Shown: positions 39,083-47,973 of the stretch, piece after piece
Position numbering within the stretch: the first letter of the stretch is position 1
Layout of the letters: the number at the start of each line of letters is the position of its first letter
DNA from: an uncultured Aliarcobacter sp.
Lineage (GTDB): Bacteria > Campylobacterota > Campylobacteria > Campylobacterales > Arcobacteraceae
Length of the DNA stretch: 64,000 nucleotides
Reading direction: 5' to 3'
NCBI GenBank assembly: GCA_963677435.1
Contig: OY781945.1
Span: forward strand, 1,472,001 to 1,536,000
Translations under genes and position numbers: made by a program
Notes under the pieces: generated by a model
Told to the model about the DNA's origin: nothing
The model's input: only the letters and a program-made list of their open reading frames with translations
The model's database searches: none

Positions 39083-39514
39083 ATGAGCAAGATAAAAGCA
39101 TTTGACAAAAGTAAACATGTGTTGAACAACAAAGTGATAGATGTACTACATAAAGAATTTTTAGAAATTTACAATAGTGTAGAAGTTTCATCAAATGTAA
39201 GTATTAAATCAAAAGCTACCGAACTACTTGCTCATACAAAAAGACACTTCATGGAAGAAGAAAAACTAATGGATAGATATAATTATTCAAGAAGTATGGA
39301 ACATAAAAATGAACACAATAAAGTTTTAGCTGAGCTACAATTTTTTATTGATAAATCTCATAGTGTATTTGGTATGAATATTTTAAAATCATATTACATA
39401 GAGAAAATCCCTTATTGGTTTGATTACCATTTAGCGAGTATGGATAGTGATTTAGTAGCATATTTAAATAACTATAATCTTAGAACAAAAAAATTAAAAC
39501 AAGAAGTAAACTAA
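39083..39514 (+). CDS. Single-domain bacteriohemerythrin
   Basis: Iron ligands 'HKEF', 'HFMEEE', 'HKNEH', 'HLASMD'. Confidence 0.9.
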   Translation: MSKIKAFDKSKHVLNNKVIDVLHKEFLEIYNSVEVSSNVSIKSKATELLAHTKRHFMEEEKLMDRYNYSRSMEHKNEHNKVLAELQFFIDKSHSVFGMNILKSYYIEKIPYWFDYHLASMDSDLVAYLNNYNLRTKKLKQEVN

Positions 39515-39579
39515 AAATAGATGATATTGAAATAAACTATAAGTATGGTGGAGTTTTTTTTAAATTCTTTTTAAATTAT

Positions 39580-39610
39580 TTATTCTCAAACAAAAGAGTT
39601 TGAGAATAAA
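39580..39610. terminator. Hairpin/terminator between convergent hemerythrin and glycohydrolase genes
   Basis: ttattctcaaac-aaaaga-gtttgagaataa. Confidence 0.65.
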
Positions 39611-39623
39611 AAACAATTAAATC

Positions 39624-40712
39624 TTACGCTTCTTTCAACTTCTTAATCAAAGGAAGTTTATCCAATAAATCTTCACAATATTCCCATTGAGTTAAGGTTT
39701 CTTTCCACTGTTTGGGAATTGCATCAACTCCAAAATATGCTCCTAAAACCATACCAATGGCAATTGCTCTTGAGGCATTATCTCCTCCTACCATTGCATT
39801 CGCTTGTAGGGCTTTTTTTAGTCCATCTTCTTTGTTTGCATATTTTAGTATGAAATAAATACTTCCAGGAAGTGTGCCCTCAGTTGGACTTGCTTTTCCT
39901 ACTTTTATTGGTTCACTTCTTCCAATATCCCAAAGTCTCGCCATTGATGTAAGTGCTAAATCATCGCTGAATTGCTCTTTTGAAAGCTGTGTTTCATGAT
40001 TTGCTTCTTCTTCATATTTTGCTATTGCTTGTTTTGTTTTATCTTCAAAAAATCCACCCATTAAAACTGCAACTTCTTCGATGGCATCTCTTGGACTCAC
40101 CCCTCTTAAAACTCTGTGTGTAACTCTTGCAAAAAATTCACCACCACCAAGAGCTGAGAAGTCTTTGTGAGTAAACATAGCTTTTCTTGCAACATCAACT
40201 AACTCATCTTCATTTTCATAATATCCGTGAGCTGCCACATGACGTATTGCCATGGCATTTGATATTCCACCTAAGTTTTCGATTTTTGTTCCATGTTTTA
40301 CTTGAGAGTAAGTCTCTTTTGTCATTGTACAAATCCAAGAACCCCAACCATTTTCAAGTCTGTTCATCCAATGGGGAATTAAATTTTGCACGCTAAAAGT
40401 TCTAGGTGGATTTGAAGTAGCTGCTAAATGTTCAAGAATTACGATATTGTAATCACCATAATCAGTAGTTCCACCAGCACTTTTCCCTGGATGATAGTTT
40501 CTTTCACCCCAACCAATACCGTGAGTTTGTCCACCCATTTTTTCACCTGGACTCATAAACTTTTCTATTGGTTTTTGTCCATAAGCTTCATAGATTTTTT
40601 TAGCATCATATTCGTAGTGTGTCCCTAAACATAAAGCATCACCTACTATTGCTGCAAAAAAAGCACCTTTTACATTTTTTTCTTTTAATTTTTCATTTGA
40701 TAGTGTATTCAT
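39624..40712 (-). CDS. ADP-ribosylglycohydrolase family protein (DraG/crystallin J1 superfamily)
   Basis: 'AAIVGDALCLG', 'TTDYGD', 'NAMVGGDNASRAIAIGMVLGAYFGVDAIP'. Confidence 0.88.
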   Translation of the reverse strand: MNTLSNEKLKEKNVKGAFFAAIVGDALCLGTHYEYDAKKIYEAYGQKPIEKFMSPGEKMGGQTHGIGWGERNYHPGKSAGGTTDYGDYNIVILEHLAATSNPPRTFSVQNLIPHWMNRLENGWGSWICTMTKETYSQVKHGTKIENLGGISNAMAIRHVAAHGYYENEDELVDVARKAMFTHKDFSALGGGEFFARVTHRVLRGVSPRDAIEEVAVLMGGFFEDKTKQAIAKYEEEANHETQLSKEQFSDDLALTSMARLWDIGRSEPIKVGKASPTEGTLPGSIYFILKYANKEDGLKKALQANAMVGGDNASRAIAIGMVLGAYFGVDAIPKQWKETLTQWEYCEDLLDKLPLIKKLKEA

Positions 40713-40811
40713 AATTTATAACCTAGTATTTATTTAATACTTGATTATAACTAAGGATTTTTTATTTTAGATAAAAAGGATAAATTTTTTTACTAGATAT
40801 AAATTATTGTT

Positions 40812-41699
40812 TTAGATATTTATGAGTTTTTGTTTAGATGAAAATTTGTAAATTATCTCTAAAAACTCAAATTCTAAATAGTTTGCCTGAAGCATAAGCC
40901 TAGAAGCTTTTGTTATTTCAAGTCTTTTTTCTTCTGAGACTTTATTTTTTAAGAAATCATCAGCAAAAATTTCATCAACTCCATAAAGTGTGTCACCAAC
41001 AATTTTGTGTCCAATAGAATCTAAATGAACTCTTATTTGATGTTGTCTTCCTGTTAGTGGAATTGCTTCTACTAAAGTTTGATTTTTAACTTTGTCATAA
41101 GAGATTGGTTTGATTAAAGTTGTTGATTCTTTGCCATTTATATCAGTTTTCATTTTTAGTTTTATTAAACCTGTGTCATTTGTGATGGGAGTGTTTATTG
41201 TTAGTTCTTCTTTTATTTCACCAAGAACCAAAGCTTTGTATTTTTTTGTATAGAGTTTTTCTTCAAACATGTTTTTTAGCATCATGTCACTAAAGGCATT
41301 TTTAGACACAAGAACTAATCCAGAAGTTTCAGCATCAATTCGGTGAACTAAAGAGCCCTTCTCTCCAAATTGATATTTTATTTCATCTAAAAGAGTATAA
41401 ACATTTAGTTGGTGAGAAGAGGGATGAACCATAATTCCACTTGGTTTATCAAAAATAGCAAAATGAAAAGAGTCGAAGATTGGTTTTAAACCTTTTGTTT
41501 GGGGCTCAAAAATCACTATATAAATAAAATCTGATTTTATAATTTGATTTTTTTGAAGTCTTTTGTTCTTTTCATCACTTATTTTGCCTTTTTCTAAAAG
41601 AGTTAAAAGTAGTTTTGAATCTAGGGGAATATCTTGGATTAAGAAGTCCTCTATTTTTTTCCCTTTTATGGTTTTAAACTCTTTTTTTATGTATGGCAA
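40812..41699 (-). CDS. RluA family pseudouridine synthase
   Basis: 'DKPSGIMVHP', 'VHRIDAETSG', 'TGRQHQIRVH'. Confidence 0.93.
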   Translation of the reverse strand: MPYIKKEFKTIKGKKIEDFLIQDIPLDSKLLLTLLEKGKISDEKNKRLQKNQIIKSDFIYIVIFEPQTKGLKPIFDSFHFAIFDKPSGIMVHPSSHQLNVYTLLDEIKYQFGEKGSLVHRIDAETSGLVLVSKNAFSDMMLKNMFEEKLYTKKYKALVLGEIKEELTINTPITNDTGLIKLKMKTDINGKESTTLIKPISYDKVKNQTLVEAIPLTGRQHQIRVHLDSIGHKIVGDTLYGVDEIFADDFLKNKVSEEKRLEITKASRLMLQANYLEFEFLEIIYKFSSKQKLINI

Positions 41700-41850
41700 T
41701 TTTTATCCTCTTGGTTTTTTTGTCAATTATACAATATTCTTAAAAGTATCAAACCTTAGTAACTGCATCGTAATAATTAAACCCTAGAATATTATTGTAA
41801 ATAACAAAATATTGTTATAGAATGAATTCCAAACTACATAGGAGATTGAA

Positions 41851-42855
41851 ATGAAAAAAACAAAACTAGAATATATTTGGTTAGATGGATGTAAACCTAC
41901 TCAAAGTCTTAGAGGTAAAACAAAAGTAGTTAGTGATTTTGGTGGAGAATTAGAAGATTGTGAGATTTGGGGTTTTGATGGTTCATCTACTCAACAAGCA
42001 ACAGGGAATAATTCTGATTGTATTTTAAAACCAGTTGCTATTTATCCAGATCCTGCAAGAGCAAATGCTTTTATAGTTTTAAATGAGGTGTTAAATTCAG
42101 ATGATGCAGCTCATGTTTCAAATACAAGAGCAACTATTGATAAAAAAAATGACTTTTGGTTTGGTTTTGAACAAGAGTATACTTTAATTGATTTAGAAAC
42201 AAACAAACCAATTGGTTTTCCAGAAGATGGATTTCCTGCACCTCAAGGCCCTTATTATTGCTCTGTAGGAGCTTCTAATGCTGTTGGAAGACAAATAGTT
42301 GAGGAACATTTAGATATGTGTATAGAAGCTGGCTTAAATATTGAGGGAATTAACTCTGAAGTAATGATGGGACAATGGGAATATCAAATATTCTCAAAAA
42401 ATGCAACAGAAGCTTGTGACCAAATCTGGGTTGCTAGATATTTCTTAGATAGAATTTGTGAACAATACAATGTAAAAGTAGATTTAAGTCCTAAACCAGT
42501 TGCAGGAGATTGGAATGGTGCGGGTATGCATGCAAATTTTTCAACTAAGGTACTAAGAAAATCAGGTGATAAAAAAATATTTGACAAAATTTGTGAAGCA
42601 TTTAAAGAGACTCACTTGGAGCATATAAAAGTTTATGGTGCAGGTAATGAGTTAAGATTAACAGGAGCTCACGAAACTCAAAACATAAACTCATTTTCTT
42701 ATGGAGTCTCTGATAGAGGTGCTTCAATTAGAATTCCCCTTGCAACTGTGAAAAATGATTGGAAAGGCCGAATCGAAGATAGAAGACCAGCTGCAAATGC
42801 AAATCCCTATGAAGTAGCTGCCATAATTATCAAAACTGTCAAAAGTGTTTTATAA
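41851..42855 (+). CDS. glnII: Glutamine synthetase type II
   Basis: 334 aa; 'KLEYIWLDG', 'WGFDGSSTQQA', 'FGFEQEY', 'PQGPYYCSVG', 'GDWNGAGMH', 'EDRRPAAN'. Confidence 0.92.
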   Translation: MKKTKLEYIWLDGCKPTQSLRGKTKVVSDFGGELEDCEIWGFDGSSTQQATGNNSDCILKPVAIYPDPARANAFIVLNEVLNSDDAAHVSNTRATIDKKNDFWFGFEQEYTLIDLETNKPIGFPEDGFPAPQGPYYCSVGASNAVGRQIVEEHLDMCIEAGLNIEGINSEVMMGQWEYQIFSKNATEACDQIWVARYFLDRICEQYNVKVDLSPKPVAGDWNGAGMHANFSTKVLRKSGDKKIFDKICEAFKETHLEHIKVYGAGNELRLTGAHETQNINSFSYGVSDRGASIRIPLATVKNDWKGRIEDRRPAANANPYEVAAIIIKTVKSVL

Positions 42856-42856
42856 A

Positions 42857-42874
42857 AAGGTATAGAAATTGCAT
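42857..42874 (+). promoter_or_regulatory. Putative sigma54 promoter of the AAA+/vWA operon
   Basis: AAGGTATAGAAATTGCAT: GG-N10-GC with TTGCA -12 element; 17/18 identical to the site at 45751. Confidence 0.7.
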
Positions 42875-42900
42875 GTTCCAAGTAAAAAATAGGTTATAAA

Positions 42901-43908
42901 ATGGTAACTCCTTCAATTGGAACAATAGAACTATACAAACAACTAGAAGTATTACTAAAAAGTGATATGCCAGTTTTCGTCCATGGAAGTCCTGGAATTG
43001 GGAAATCTTATATTGTAAATGATATTGCAAAAAAGAATAATTTAGAGTTAGTGGATGTAAGACTCTCTCAACTTGATGCGGTTGATTTAAGAGGAATCCC
43101 AACTATTACAAACAATCAAACTGTTTGGATGCCACCAGTTTTTTTGCCACTTGACCAAAACTCAGCTGGAATTCTTTTTTTAGATGAGTTAAACTCAGCT
43201 TCACTATCAGTTCAAGCAGCGATTTATCAGCTTGTTCTTGATAGAAAAATAGGGGAGTATTCACTTCCAAAAAATTGGAAAATCGTATGTGCTGGAAATA
43301 AGATAAATGATAAAGGAATTGTTTTTAAACTTCCAAGTCCTCTTGTAAATAGAATGGTGCATTTACTTTTAGAAGCAAAATATGACGACTTTAAAAATTG
43401 GGCTATTTTAAATGGTATTCATTCATATATCTTAGGTTTTTTAGGATTTAGACCTGATTTATTAAGTAGTGAAGTTCCAAATGCAACTGAAACAAATCCA
43501 GCTTTTTGTACACCAAGGGCTTGGAATATGATGTCAAATATTTTAAAAACAGAAAATAATGTTAATCTTATCTCTCCAATTATTTATGGAACTGTGGGAT
43601 ACGCAGCTGCTGTTGAATTTATCTCATTTATAAAAGTTTATAAAACTTTACCAAATATTGATGATGTTCTAAATGGAACTTGTGAAATTATTCCTAGTGA
43701 GCCTAGTGCTTTATACGCTTTATGTTCTGCTGTAATCGAAAAATATGAAAATACAAATCAAGCTATAAATATCTTTGCTTATAGTAAAAGTTTACCAGTT
43801 GAGTTTGCTGTAATGCTTATAAAAGATTTAATAGTAAAAGACGAAAACATAGCACTCTTAGATGAGTTTGATAAATGGATGGAGAAATATGGAGACTACA
43901 TATTATAA
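42901..43908 (+). CDS. MoxR-like AAA+ ATPase
   Basis: Walker A 'GSPGIGKS', Walker B 'ILFLDELN', 'AGN', 'LVNRM', 'TPRAW'. Confidence 0.9.
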   Translation: MVTPSIGTIELYKQLEVLLKSDMPVFVHGSPGIGKSYIVNDIAKKNNLELVDVRLSQLDAVDLRGIPTITNNQTVWMPPVFLPLDQNSAGILFLDELNSASLSVQAAIYQLVLDRKIGEYSLPKNWKIVCAGNKINDKGIVFKLPSPLVNRMVHLLLEAKYDDFKNWAILNGIHSYILGFLGFRPDLLSSEVPNATETNPAFCTPRAWNMMSNILKTENNVNLISPIIYGTVGYAAAVEFISFIKVYKTLPNIDDVLNGTCEIIPSEPSALYALCSAVIEKYENTNQAINIFAYSKSLPVEFAVMLIKDLIVKDENIALLDEFDKWMEKYGDYIL

Positions 43909-45076
43909 AGATATTTTTGAGAAAATTAGGATAAGTTTTTTATTTAACCATCCTTTTTTATCAGTTTTAGCTTTAAGTATAAATAGTGAGTTTAAAGGAA
44001 ATATTAATAGTGCTTTTTTAACAGATGGTTTTAAAATCACAATTGATACGGAAAAATTAACACAATATTCAAGGGATGAGATTACATATTTATATGCGCA
44101 TACTTTGCTTCATATTGTTTTAAAACATCCATATAGACAAAAAACAAGAGATAGACATACTTGGAATCAAGCTTGTGATGTGGTAATAAACAATATTTTA
44201 ACAACTTTTGAAAATGTGGGAACAAGACCTGCTGATGAGATACTTGATGTAACTTTAAAAGATAAGTGTGTTGAAGAGGTTTATGAGATTTTATATAAAA
44301 AGAAAAAAGAGGAGTTAAGTAAAACGACTCCTGATAAAAATGAAAATATAGAATCAAACTCTTACGATAAATCAAAGTTAGATTTAGATGAGGTTTTAAC
44401 AAAAAGTGAAAAAGTAAACCAAGAAAAACTAGATGGAATAATAATCCAAGCTTTAAGTCTTGCAAAAAAATCTTCAAACTTATATGAGGGAATGAGTATA
44501 GAAATAGATACTTTAATAAAACCTGAAATTGATTTACATGATGTTCTAAAAGAGTATTTAATAAGTTCATTTTTTGAAAAACAAATCTCTTATGAAAGAC
44601 CAAATAAAAGATTTATAGATAGAGGCATTTATATGCCAGGAACTAAAAAACTAAATGATAATCTAAATATCTTTGTGGCACTTGATAGTTCATCTAGTGT
44701 TAGCCTTGATGAATATAAAAAGTTTTTGGGAATCATAAGTGAAATAGCTGAGAGTTTTTATGAATATAAAATAGATATTTTGCCCTTTGACTTAAAAGTT
44801 AGAAATGAATATATCACTAGTTTTGATAGCTTTAATCCATTAAGTAGTAAAGAGTTACTAATTCCTAAATCAAATGGTGGTACAAATTTTGATGAGTTAT
44901 TAATTTATTTAAGAAAATCTAGTGAAGTAAGAAATGATAGTTTACTTATTGCTCTAACAGATGGAGAGTTTGATATAAGTGAGTCACTATTATGTAATAC
45001 GCTTTTTATAATAAGTAATAAAAAAAATCTAAGAAAGTTCGAGCAATATGGAAGAGTTATTCAATTTAACATATAA
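43889..45076 (+). CDS. DUF2201-type putative metallopeptidase domain plus vWA domain protein
   Basis: 'AFLTDG', 'AHTLLHIVLKH', 'WNQACDVVIN', MIDAS 'DSSSS', 'GGTNF', 'LTDG'; start overlaps the ATPase end. Confidence 0.85.
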   Translation: METTYYKDIFEKIRISFLFNHPFLSVLALSINSEFKGNINSAFLTDGFKITIDTEKLTQYSRDEITYLYAHTLLHIVLKHPYRQKTRDRHTWNQACDVVINNILTTFENVGTRPADEILDVTLKDKCVEEVYEILYKKKKEELSKTTPDKNENIESNSYDKSKLDLDEVLTKSEKVNQEKLDGIIIQALSLAKKSSNLYEGMSIEIDTLIKPEIDLHDVLKEYLISSFFEKQISYERPNKRFIDRGIYMPGTKKLNDNLNIFVALDSSSSVSLDEYKKFLGIISEIAESFYEYKIDILPFDLKVRNEYITSFDSFNPLSSKELLIPKSNGGTNFDELLIYLRKSSEVRNDSLLIALTDGEFDISESLLCNTLFIISNKKNLRKFEQYGRVIQFNI

Positions 45077-45749
45077 AGAAGAGGTTGAAGAGTTAAGGGA
45101 TGAAGATGATTTCGAAGCTTTAGGGGATGAAAAATATCTAAATCATCCAGATATGGAAGCTAGACTTTATTGGGCTTTTTGTAGACCAAATGGCTCTTGC
45201 GAAGAGCAAATACAAGATAGTGAACCTCTTGTTTCTATAATGGCTTTTAATCACTCAAAATTAAATGCCTTTAAAAGATTTTCTTTGCTTCACAGAGATG
45301 TTGTAGAAAAAGTTGATTTACGAGTAAAAATAAAAAATAGAACAAGAATGCTTTTTAGGTCTTTAATAGATGATGATTTTAGAGAGCTAAATAAAGTATT
45401 ACAAATAGTTCCAGTTTTTTTAGATGTAGCAGTGGATCAGTTAAAAAATGGAAGAAAATGGAATGACATTTTTGCTGATGAAATAGAAGCTACAATATTT
45501 TTGCAAAGAGCACACGAGTATATAGATGAAGACTTTAAAGAGGCTTTGTTTTATAAACTAAAAGATGTAAGTGAATTAAGCCAAGATGAGTTAAAAGAGC
45601 ATTTAGAGTATTTAATACAAAAGAAAGAGCAAATAGATATTTTAATACTAGAACACTACAAAAAAGAAGTAGAAAAATGGAGTAATAAAAGCTCTCTTCA
45701 TTTGCTTCAAAAGATGGCTATAACTAAGCTTGTGGATAAGCTATTTTAA
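45048..45749 (+). CDS. Hypothetical protein (233 aa), third gene of the AAA+/vWA operon
   Basis: Overlaps the vWA gene by 29 nt; acidic N-terminus, helical character; no motif recognised. Confidence 0.75.
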   Translation: MEELFNLTYKEEVEELRDEDDFEALGDEKYLNHPDMEARLYWAFCRPNGSCEEQIQDSEPLVSIMAFNHSKLNAFKRFSLLHRDVVEKVDLRVKIKNRTRMLFRSLIDDDFRELNKVLQIVPVFLDVAVDQLKNGRKWNDIFADEIEATIFLQRAHEYIDEDFKEALFYKLKDVSELSQDELKEHLEYLIQKKEQIDILILEHYKKEVEKWSNKSSLHLLQKMAITKLVDKLF

Positions 45750-45750
45750 T

Positions 45751-45768
45751 AAGGTATAGAATTTGCAT
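45751..45768 (+). promoter_or_regulatory. Putative sigma54 promoter of the ArsC-like gene
   Basis: AAGGTATAGAATTTGCAT: GG-N10-GC. Confidence 0.7.
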
Positions 45769-45792
45769 ATAAGTCTGTAAAAAAGAGAGATT

Positions 45793-46218
45793 ATGAGCAA
45801 TTTCACATTCTATAATTTTACGTTTTACGAAAAAACTGGTTGTAGCGGTAATGCTAAACAAAAAGAGTTACTAAAAAGTCATAATATTTCTTTTAGTGTA
45901 AAAAGTCTACTTGATACTTCATGGTCAAAAGAGAGTTTAGGTGAGTTTTTCCAAGGTTTAGAAGTAATTGATATATTCAATCCTTTTGCACCACAAATAA
46001 GAGATAAAGAGATAGATATAAATACATTATCGAAAGATGAAGCCATAGAGCTTATGATTAAAAACCCGATATTAATAAAAAGACCATTGTTAGATATAAA
46101 TGGAGTTAAACTTTGTGGATTTGATATTGAAAAAATAAACGAGTTATTAAATACAAATATAGATACAAACAAAAAACTAAATACTTGTTCAAGTAGTGAC
46201 TCATGCACAAATGTTTAA
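45793..46218 (+). CDS. ArsC/Spx/MgsR family protein, nitrogenase-associated (NifO-like) type
   Basis: 'FYEKTGCSGNAKQKELL', 'FNPFAPQIR', 'PILIKRPL', 'GFD'; the YEKxGCxxNxxQK N-terminus is what I recognise from the nitrogenase-associated subfamily. Confidence 0.75.
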   Translation: MSNFTFYNFTFYEKTGCSGNAKQKELLKSHNISFSVKSLLDTSWSKESLGEFFQGLEVIDIFNPFAPQIRDKEIDINTLSKDEAIELMIKNPILIKRPLLDINGVKLCGFDIEKINELLNTNIDTNKKLNTCSSSDSCTNV

Positions 46219-46502
46219 TTGAAATTTGCCAAGAGTTTGAAACTGTAAAAGATTTTCTAACAGATACCACAAAAGAGAAAGAAGAGATAATAAATGCTCT
46301 CTTTTTAGATTTTATGGAGTGTTTTCCATCTATTAAAGAGGAAAAACTTAAATATCCAAAAGAGTTCATACATGATGTGAGTTTGTTCAACGAGGGAAAT
46401 TTTATGCTTGTTCAAAAATTCCAAGATGTTCAAATGAGATATTTGATGTTAAGTGATTTTTATGATTATGCAAGATTAACAAAGAAATATATAAAAACTT
46501 AA
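46203..46502 (+). CDS. Hypothetical protein (99 aa) coupled to the ArsC-like gene
   Basis: Overlaps the upstream stop by 16 nt and fills the gap to the Gre gene. Confidence 0.7.
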   Translation: MHKCLIEICQEFETVKDFLTDTTKEKEEIINALFLDFMECFPSIKEEKLKYPKEFIHDVSLFNEGNFMLVQKFQDVQMRYLMLSDFYDYARLTKKYIKT

Positions 46503-46514
46503 TATAATTGCGCC

Positions 46515-46994
46515 ATGCAAAAAGATTTAATTACAAAACATGGTTTCGAAAAAATAGTAAAAGAGTTCAAAGGTTTACTCAAAGAGAAAACCTATTGGGT
46601 GAAAGAGAAAGAAATCGCCGCACAACTTGGCGATAGAAGTGAAAATGCTGAATATATAGCTGCAAAAGAACAGATACGAAATACTGATAAAAGACTTCGT
46701 TTTTTAGATAGGATTATAAACAATAGTGAAGTTATTGATATATCTTTAATTCCCCATACAAGAGTAAATTTTGGATCAGTTGTTGTGGTTGAAGATTTGA
46801 ATACTCAACAAGAGAAAACTTTTATAATTCTAGGAACACACGAAACAAATCCAAATGAAAATAAAATATCTAATAAATCTCCAGTTGGTAGAGCTTTGTT
46901 AAATAAAACTTTAAATGAAGAGTTTGAATTTTCTATAAATGATAACTTCTTCGAATATAAAATAATTTCAATAAAAGAGTATAAGTTTGAATAG
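46515..46994 (+). CDS. Transcription elongation factor GreA/GreB family
   Basis: 'GDRSENAEYIAAK', 'ISNKSPVGRALL'. Confidence 0.92.
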   Translation: MQKDLITKHGFEKIVKEFKGLLKEKTYWVKEKEIAAQLGDRSENAEYIAAKEQIRNTDKRLRFLDRIINNSEVIDISLIPHTRVNFGSVVVVEDLNTQQEKTFIILGTHETNPNENKISNKSPVGRALLNKTLNEEFEFSINDNFFEYKIISIKEYKFE

Positions 46995-47904
46995 TATAAA
47001 TATGGAAAAATTAAAAGAGATAATTTTTAAAAATCTTGAAAATAAAAGTGTAGATTTTAAGAGGGTTTTCCATGGTCGTGGGAACTTTTATGATGATTTT
47101 AATTACTTAGTGGTTGATAGTATAAATGATATTTTAATGGCAACTTTATTTGAAGTAGTGGATGAAAATATTGAAAAAGAGATAATCAAAATACTTGATG
47201 AGGTTTATGCCACAAAAGGTTTTAAAACTCTGATAATTCAAAGAAGATATAAAAAAGATAATCTTAATGAAATTCTAAGGGGAAAAATCCCAGAAAATAC
47301 CATTACCTATGAAAATGGTTTAAAATATGCACTAAATTTTTCAAATCAAAATATAGGAATTTTTCCAGATATGAAAAATGGAAGAAGTTTTATAAAAGAG
47401 ATTTCAAAAGATAAAAAAGTGTTAAATCTTTTCTCTTATACTTGCGCTTTTTCAGTAAGTGCTATAAGTGGTGGAGCTTTAAAAGTTGTAAATATTGATA
47501 TGGCAAAAAATGCACTAACAACAGGAAGAACAAATCATCATCTAAATAATCTTGATACAAAAAAAGTAAAATTTTTTCCTTATGATATTTTGAAATCATG
47601 GAGTAGAATCAAAAAAGAAGGGCCTTATGATATTATCGTAATTGATCCACCATCTCTTCAAAAGGGAAGTTTTGAAGCTAGTAAAGATTATGAAAAAATA
47701 ATCAGAAGATTAAATGAATTGGTAGCTCCAAACTGTACTATCTTGTCGTGTTTAAATGCTCCTGACTTGCCTAGTGATTTTATAAAAGAGAAATTTTCAC
47801 AATTCGCACCTTCTTTTAAATTTGTAAAAAGATTGAAAAATGTAGAGGAATTTGTGACAAATGATGAGGAAAAAAGCTTGAAAAACTTAGTTTTTTCTAA
47901 CTAA
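46987..47904 (+). CDS. Class I SAM-dependent methyltransferase (RlmI/RlmK-like)
   Basis: 'RVFHGRG', 'GIFPDMKNGR', 'VLNLFSYTCAFSV', 'IVIDPPS'. Confidence 0.88.
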   Translation: MNSINMEKLKEIIFKNLENKSVDFKRVFHGRGNFYDDFNYLVVDSINDILMATLFEVVDENIEKEIIKILDEVYATKGFKTLIIQRRYKKDNLNEILRGKIPENTITYENGLKYALNFSNQNIGIFPDMKNGRSFIKEISKDKKVLNLFSYTCAFSVSAISGGALKVVNIDMAKNALTTGRTNHHLNNLDTKKVKFFPYDILKSWSRIKKEGPYDIIVIDPPSLQKGSFEASKDYEKIIRRLNELVAPNCTILSCLNAPDLPSDFIKEKFSQFAPSFKFVKRLKNVEEFVTNDEEKSLKNLVFSN

Positions 47905-47973
47905 AACAAGATAAACCTTATCTTCTTTTAGCTAAAATCGCGTATAAAAATTGTTTGTAAAAGAGGAAATCTG

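Noticed and set aside
42600..45750. NifA upstream activator sites (TGT-N10-ACA) for the sigma54-type promoters
   Set aside because: None found by eye in roughly 150-200 nt upstream of either site; activator identity is left open.
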